64,000 bases of DNA from Hypanus sabinus (taxonomy: Eukaryota): positions 27,466,001-27,530,000 of the forward strand of contig NC_082731.1 of assembly GCF_030144855.1 (NCBI RefSeq), in the 5' to 3' direction. The position numbers were made by a program, and so were the translations under genes. The notes beneath the pieces are model-generated. The model did no database searches, had not been told where the DNA came from, and saw only the letters and a program-made list of their open reading frames with translations. This document shows, one piece after another, positions 59,321 to 64,000 of this stretch. Each line of letters opens with the position of its first letter. The stretch's first letter is position 1.

Positions 59321-60310
59321 TCATGTTAGATATATCAATATTACAATGGAGTAAAGGAAGTTACAGAGGCATGAGAGAGTAGTTGACTAAGTATTCTAAA
59401 GGCAAGATGACACAACCATGGCTAACAAAGGAAGTCAAGGCCAACATAAAACCAAAGAGAGGGCATATACCTGAACAGAAATAGGGTCGAGGATTAGGAA
59501 GCTTTTAAGAAACAACAGAAAGCAACTAAAAAAAGTCAGTACGAAGGTAAAGATGGAATATGAAAGTAAGCTAGCCAACAATATTAATAAGGATACCAAC
59601 AGTTTCTCAGACACATGAAGTGTAAAAGAGAGGTGAGAGGTCATATCGGACCACTGGAAAATAATGCTGGGAAGGTAGTCATGAGGGATAAGAATATGGC
59701 AGATGAACTGAATAAATATATTTCATCAGTCTTCACTGTGGAAGACACGAGCAGTATGGTAGAAGTTCGAGGTGTCAAGTGTCATAAAGTGTGCAAAGCT
59801 ACCATTACTAGAGAGAAGATTCTTGAGAAACTGAAAGGTCTGAAATTAGATAAGTCACCTGGACCAGATGGTGTACACCCCAGGGTCCTGAAAGTGGTGG
59901 CTAAATTGATCACAGAGAAATTAATAATGATCTTTCAAGGATCATTAAATTCTGGAATGGTTCCAATAGAATGGAAAATTGCAAGCATTACTTCACACTT
60001 CAAGAAGGGAGAGAAGCTAAAGAAAAGAAGTTATTATCCAGTTTGTCATAGGTGGAAGGGCAGACAGTTTTCAGGAAGTAGGGAGGCAAAAAAAAAATTG
60101 GACCGATGAGGAGAATGGACAAATAAGTGATAGATGGAATACAATGTCAGGAAGTCATGCTCGTTGGTAGAAGCAAATTAATAGAAAAAGAAGGAACAAC
60201 TTTTTTACCCAGAGGATGGTCTGCTCAGCTGCCAGATGAAGTGGTTGAGGCAGATGCAAGAACAACATTTGAACAAACAAAACACTTGGACAGGTATTTG
60301 GATAGGGAGG
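59320..60310 (+). mobile_element. CR1 ORF2 fragments
   Basis: MADELNKYISSVFTVED..KLDKSPGPDGVHPRVLK..WKIASITSHFKKG. Confidence 0.8.
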
Positions 60311-60484
60311 ACTGAGAGCAGGGACTCCTAACCTGGGGTCCGTGGACCCCTTGCTTAATAGTATTGGTCCATAGCATTGAAGGGTTGGGAACAACCGTTT
60401 TTGAGGGATGTTGGGTATGCATTGGCAAATGGGCAGCTTTGATGAGAAATTGGGTCCAATTTGACCATTTGGGCCAAGAGTCCT

Positions 60485-61515
60485 ATTTCTTTTCTTTTCT
60501 TTTTCAATCATTTTATTATTATTATTAATATCAACATAAGAAGATTGATACATAGATAATGGGATAACAAACACACAGATTTCAACTGAACATGAAAGAA
60601 TACATAAGCATTAGTTGCAATATAAATGAGTCTTCCCAAATCATGGACGGTACAAGTAACATATAAACAAGGCAAACCTAGGTATATCATAATACATATT
60701 AAAAAAAAAACAGAAAAGAGAAAAAGAAAAAAAAATTATGCAAGAAAAACTAACAATCTAATAGCTAATAAAGAAAAAAACGTAGAAAGAAAAAAGGGAA
60801 AAAGAAAAAATGAAAAAAGGGCTGTTTATAATATCTAACAGAAATACAAAATCATCAGTGTCATCAACTCCGATCCTCTCAACATATGTAAAATCAAAAC
60901 TGGAAAAACAAATAGGCTTGGAACAGGATCACATTACATTATATGAAAATATTGAATAAATGGTCTCCATATCTTTTCAATTTTAATAGAAGTATCAAAT
61001 ACAACACTTCTAATTTTTTCTAAATTTAGACATAACATAGTTTGAGAAAACCAATGAAATATGGTAGGAGGATTAATTTCTTTCCAATTCAACAAAATAG
61101 ATCTTCTAGCCATTAATGTAAGAAATACAATCATTTGATAAGCAGAAGTGGATAAATGGACTGAGTCCATCATTGGTAAACCAAAAATTGCAGTAATAGG
61201 ATGAGGTTGTAAATCAATGTTCAATACTGTGGAAATAATATCAAAAATGTCTTTCCAGTATTTTTTTCAAAAGCGGACAAGACCAGAACATATGAGTTAA
61301 AGACGCTATCTCAGAATGACATCTGTCACAAATAGGATTTATATAGGAATAAAAATGAGCTAATTTATCCTTGGACATTAAAGCCCTATGCACAATCTTA
61401 AACTGTATTAACGAATGTTTAGCACATATAGATGATGAATTAACTAATTGAAGAATTTTATCCCAATTGTCAATAGGGATAGTAAGGTTAAGTTCTCGAA
61501 GAGTCCTATTTCCAT
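60485..61515 (-). mobile_element. L1 3' end (ORF2 C-terminus, 3' UTR, A-rich tail)
   Basis: SSICAKHSLIQFKIVHR..CDRCHSEIASLTHMFWSC and ARRSILLNWK..NLEKIR. T-rich tail on the + strand at about 60485-60530. Confidence 0.85.
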
Positions 61516-61599
61516 GCTCTATGATTCTGCATGAGGTGTTCCAGTTTGGGAGGTCAACCCAGGAAAAGTCTTTCACAGTAAACGGTAGGGTGCTGAGTG

Positions 61600-64000
61600 T
61601 GCTGATATTCTCCAGGGGAGCCTATGCCCCTGTGGAAACAAAGAACTGTTGTCCCTCCTTGCATTATCCAGCTCGTTTGAGAATCTCACCGCCTAATGCT
61701 CGCCCAAAATGGTTTGACTCCCCAGAGGAGGCTTGGAAATTTATAAAGGAGTTTAAGCCTGCCTTGCAAGCAACTTAAACACTTAACCTTTACTGGGAGT
61801 CATTTGTAGCTGCATCGTTGAAAGTTCAATCTAGGTTTTAAGTCTGCCCAGACATAGTTTTGGCTGTTTTATTAGGATTTGTAAGAGTTTACAACTAGCC
61901 GTAACATATTATTTGGTTGGATCTATCTTTTTTGAATATATGATCAATTTTTATTAAATGAATTTAAGACAGCCACTCTTAATTATGTTCTAACCTCTGT
62001 TAGTCATAATATTAAAATATTTGGAATTTGTTTATTTCTTTATGTATCTGTTGTGCCTTTTGTCAGAGGTGTTAGTGTATAACTTTTAAAAAAGAGTCTG
62101 CCTATTGGAGACAGGGGTTTAAGGATTTTAGTTTAGCATGCTGTTCGCCAATTGGATACTTTTTGGGCTTTGTGGGGAGAGGAGTTGGGCTATTAGTTTA
62201 GGATTTTTTGAATGGGAAGACCTGAGAGGTTTTCCTGTCAATCATGTTGTTTTTTGTTCTCTCTGATCGAATCCATAATTTGTTCTTCCCTGCTGGTTGC
62301 ACTTCCTGTGCGGGTGCACTAACTTATTTTATAAAATTATAAATTGAAGCCTTATTATGGAGCTTAATAAAATTAATATAACCTTTTGAAATCTGAATGG
62401 CTTGAAACAACCTATTAAGCGTTGAAATATCTTTAAGAAATTGAAAACACTCCAAGATGATATTATTTTTGTACAAGAGACCCATATCCGTAGGGAGGAT
62501 GGAAACCGTTTATTTAATTTTGGATGGGCTCTCAGTTTCACTCTTCAGCAGTAACTAAAATTAGAGGAGTATCAATTTTTATTAATTTTAAAATCCTTTT
62601 TGTACATCTTAATACTGTCAGTGACTCAATTGGAAGATAATTAATTGTCACTAGTTTGTTAATTGGTCAGAACGTGGGATTGGTGTGTGTGTATGCACCT
62701 AATGTTGATAGCTCTGAATTTTTTAAGAGGTTATTTTCTGCATTGCTGAATTTAAATGAATATAAGTTGATCATGGGCAGTGACTTTAACTGTTGTCTCA
62801 ATCCTTCCATTGATAGGTTATCAACCAATTCGAGACTTCCTAATAAGTCTGCGACCTGTCTTAAATCTTTTTTACTGGAATACAGTTTGGTTGATATTTG
62901 GAGTTTTCTCCATCCTAAAGATAGGGACTTTTCTTTTTTTCACGTGTACATCATAAATATTCAAGAATTGATTATTTTTTGTTGAATATGCAATTGGTGC
63001 CTTTTGTTTCTGACTGTGTGTATGACGCTATTGTGTTGTCGGAACATGAGCCCATTAAGCTAATACTGAAGTTCCCTGATAATATACGGAATGCAGATCA
63101 GTGGAGATTTAATGCTACACTGCTGCATGATTCAGCATGTGTAAGTTTTATTAAAAAGCAAATTGCTCTATTTTTGAATTAAATACAGCTGAGGGTATGT
63201 CAAATTTGGTTATTTGGGATGTGATGAAATCTTTTCCTAGGGAACAGATAATCTCATATTCAATAGAAGGAAAACTAAAGTGGAGCTTTTATTGATTACT
63301 AATAGTATTAAAGAAATAGATGAAGTTTATTCAGTAACACCTAGTGAAGATCTATATATGGAAAGGGTGGAACTTCAAACACAGAATGATCTGCTTTTGA
63401 CTTTTCCCATTGAGCAGCAACTTTTGAAATCTAAAAGTCAATTTTATATGCATGGGGATAAGTCAGGTAAATTGTTGGCTGGTCAACTTAAAGCAACGAT
63501 GGCTAGAAGGCAAATTTTGAAAATATGAAGAACTGATAGAACTGAAATGTCAGATTGTCTCAAAATTAATAAGGTATTTTTGGATTTTTACTCTAAACTT
63601 TATAAATCTGATTTTCCAGACAACACTACTTCTATGAATAGATTCTTGCAAAGATTGAATATATCCAAAATTTCTATTCAAGATATGAATACATTAGATG
63701 CGCCTATTAAACAACAGGAAATAGCAAGGGTTACATGCCCTTTTCAGTCAAGTAAAGCTCCGGGACCGGATGGATTTACAGTAGAATTTTTTAAGACGTT
63801 CACTGAAATACATACACCCCATTTATGCCAAATTTTCACTGATTCTATATCCTCTGGGACCCTCACAAAAACTTTTTATGGGGCATCAATTTCATTAATT
63901 CCCAAAAAAGAAAAAGATTTATCTGAATATGCCTCTTACAGACCAATTTCCTTATTAAACATGGATTCTAAAGTTCTTTCTAAGATCTTGGCTAACAGGC
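61600..64000 (+). mobile_element. L1 fragment: ORF1 C-terminus and degenerate ORF2 N-half, running off the window
   Basis: YPARLRISPP..FDSPEEAWKF, CVYAPN..GSDFNC, LSEHEP, KAPGPDGF and YRPISLLNMDSKVLSKILANR. Confidence 0.85.

Noticed and set aside
60319-60397. Tiny hAT-type MITE (cagggactcctaacct...gggttgggaacaacc)
   Set aside because: The TIR match is poor and there is no clear 8-bp TSD; too degraded to call.

Overview
Vertebrate genomic DNA, most likely from a cartilaginous fish (probably a ray, judging by the repeat families). It holds the 3' half of an immunoglobulin heavy-chain minilocus on the + strand, best matching IgW (the IgD-like isotype). Four intact C1-set constant exons (provisionally C3, C4, C5 and C6 with a secretory tailpiece, 1079-4466) are followed 13 kb downstream, after the secretory poly(A) signals, by a second intact but diverged copy of the C3-C4 pair (17684-18392, about 57-58% aa identity by manual alignment). 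Beyond that pair lie a candidate 14-codon secretory exon with its own AATAAA (19571-20181), a clear transmembrane exon (21006-21148) and a candidate cytoplasmic-tail exon 28 kb further on (49093-49104, AATAAA at 49230). The terminal C6 exon lacks the internal GT donor that mu chains use to reach the TM exon. The layout therefore suggests two alternative Fc modules in one gene, chosen by RNA processing. Most of the remaining sequence is nested transposable-element debris: CR1, L1/Tx1, Rex1/Babar, Nimb/I, Penelope, Gypsy chromovirus, solo LTRs and a hAT element, several with readable target-site duplications. No V/D/J segments, RNA genes or CRISPR arrays were seen. C-exon numbering is inferred because C1 and C2 lie outside the window, and most TE boundaries without a TSD are approximate.
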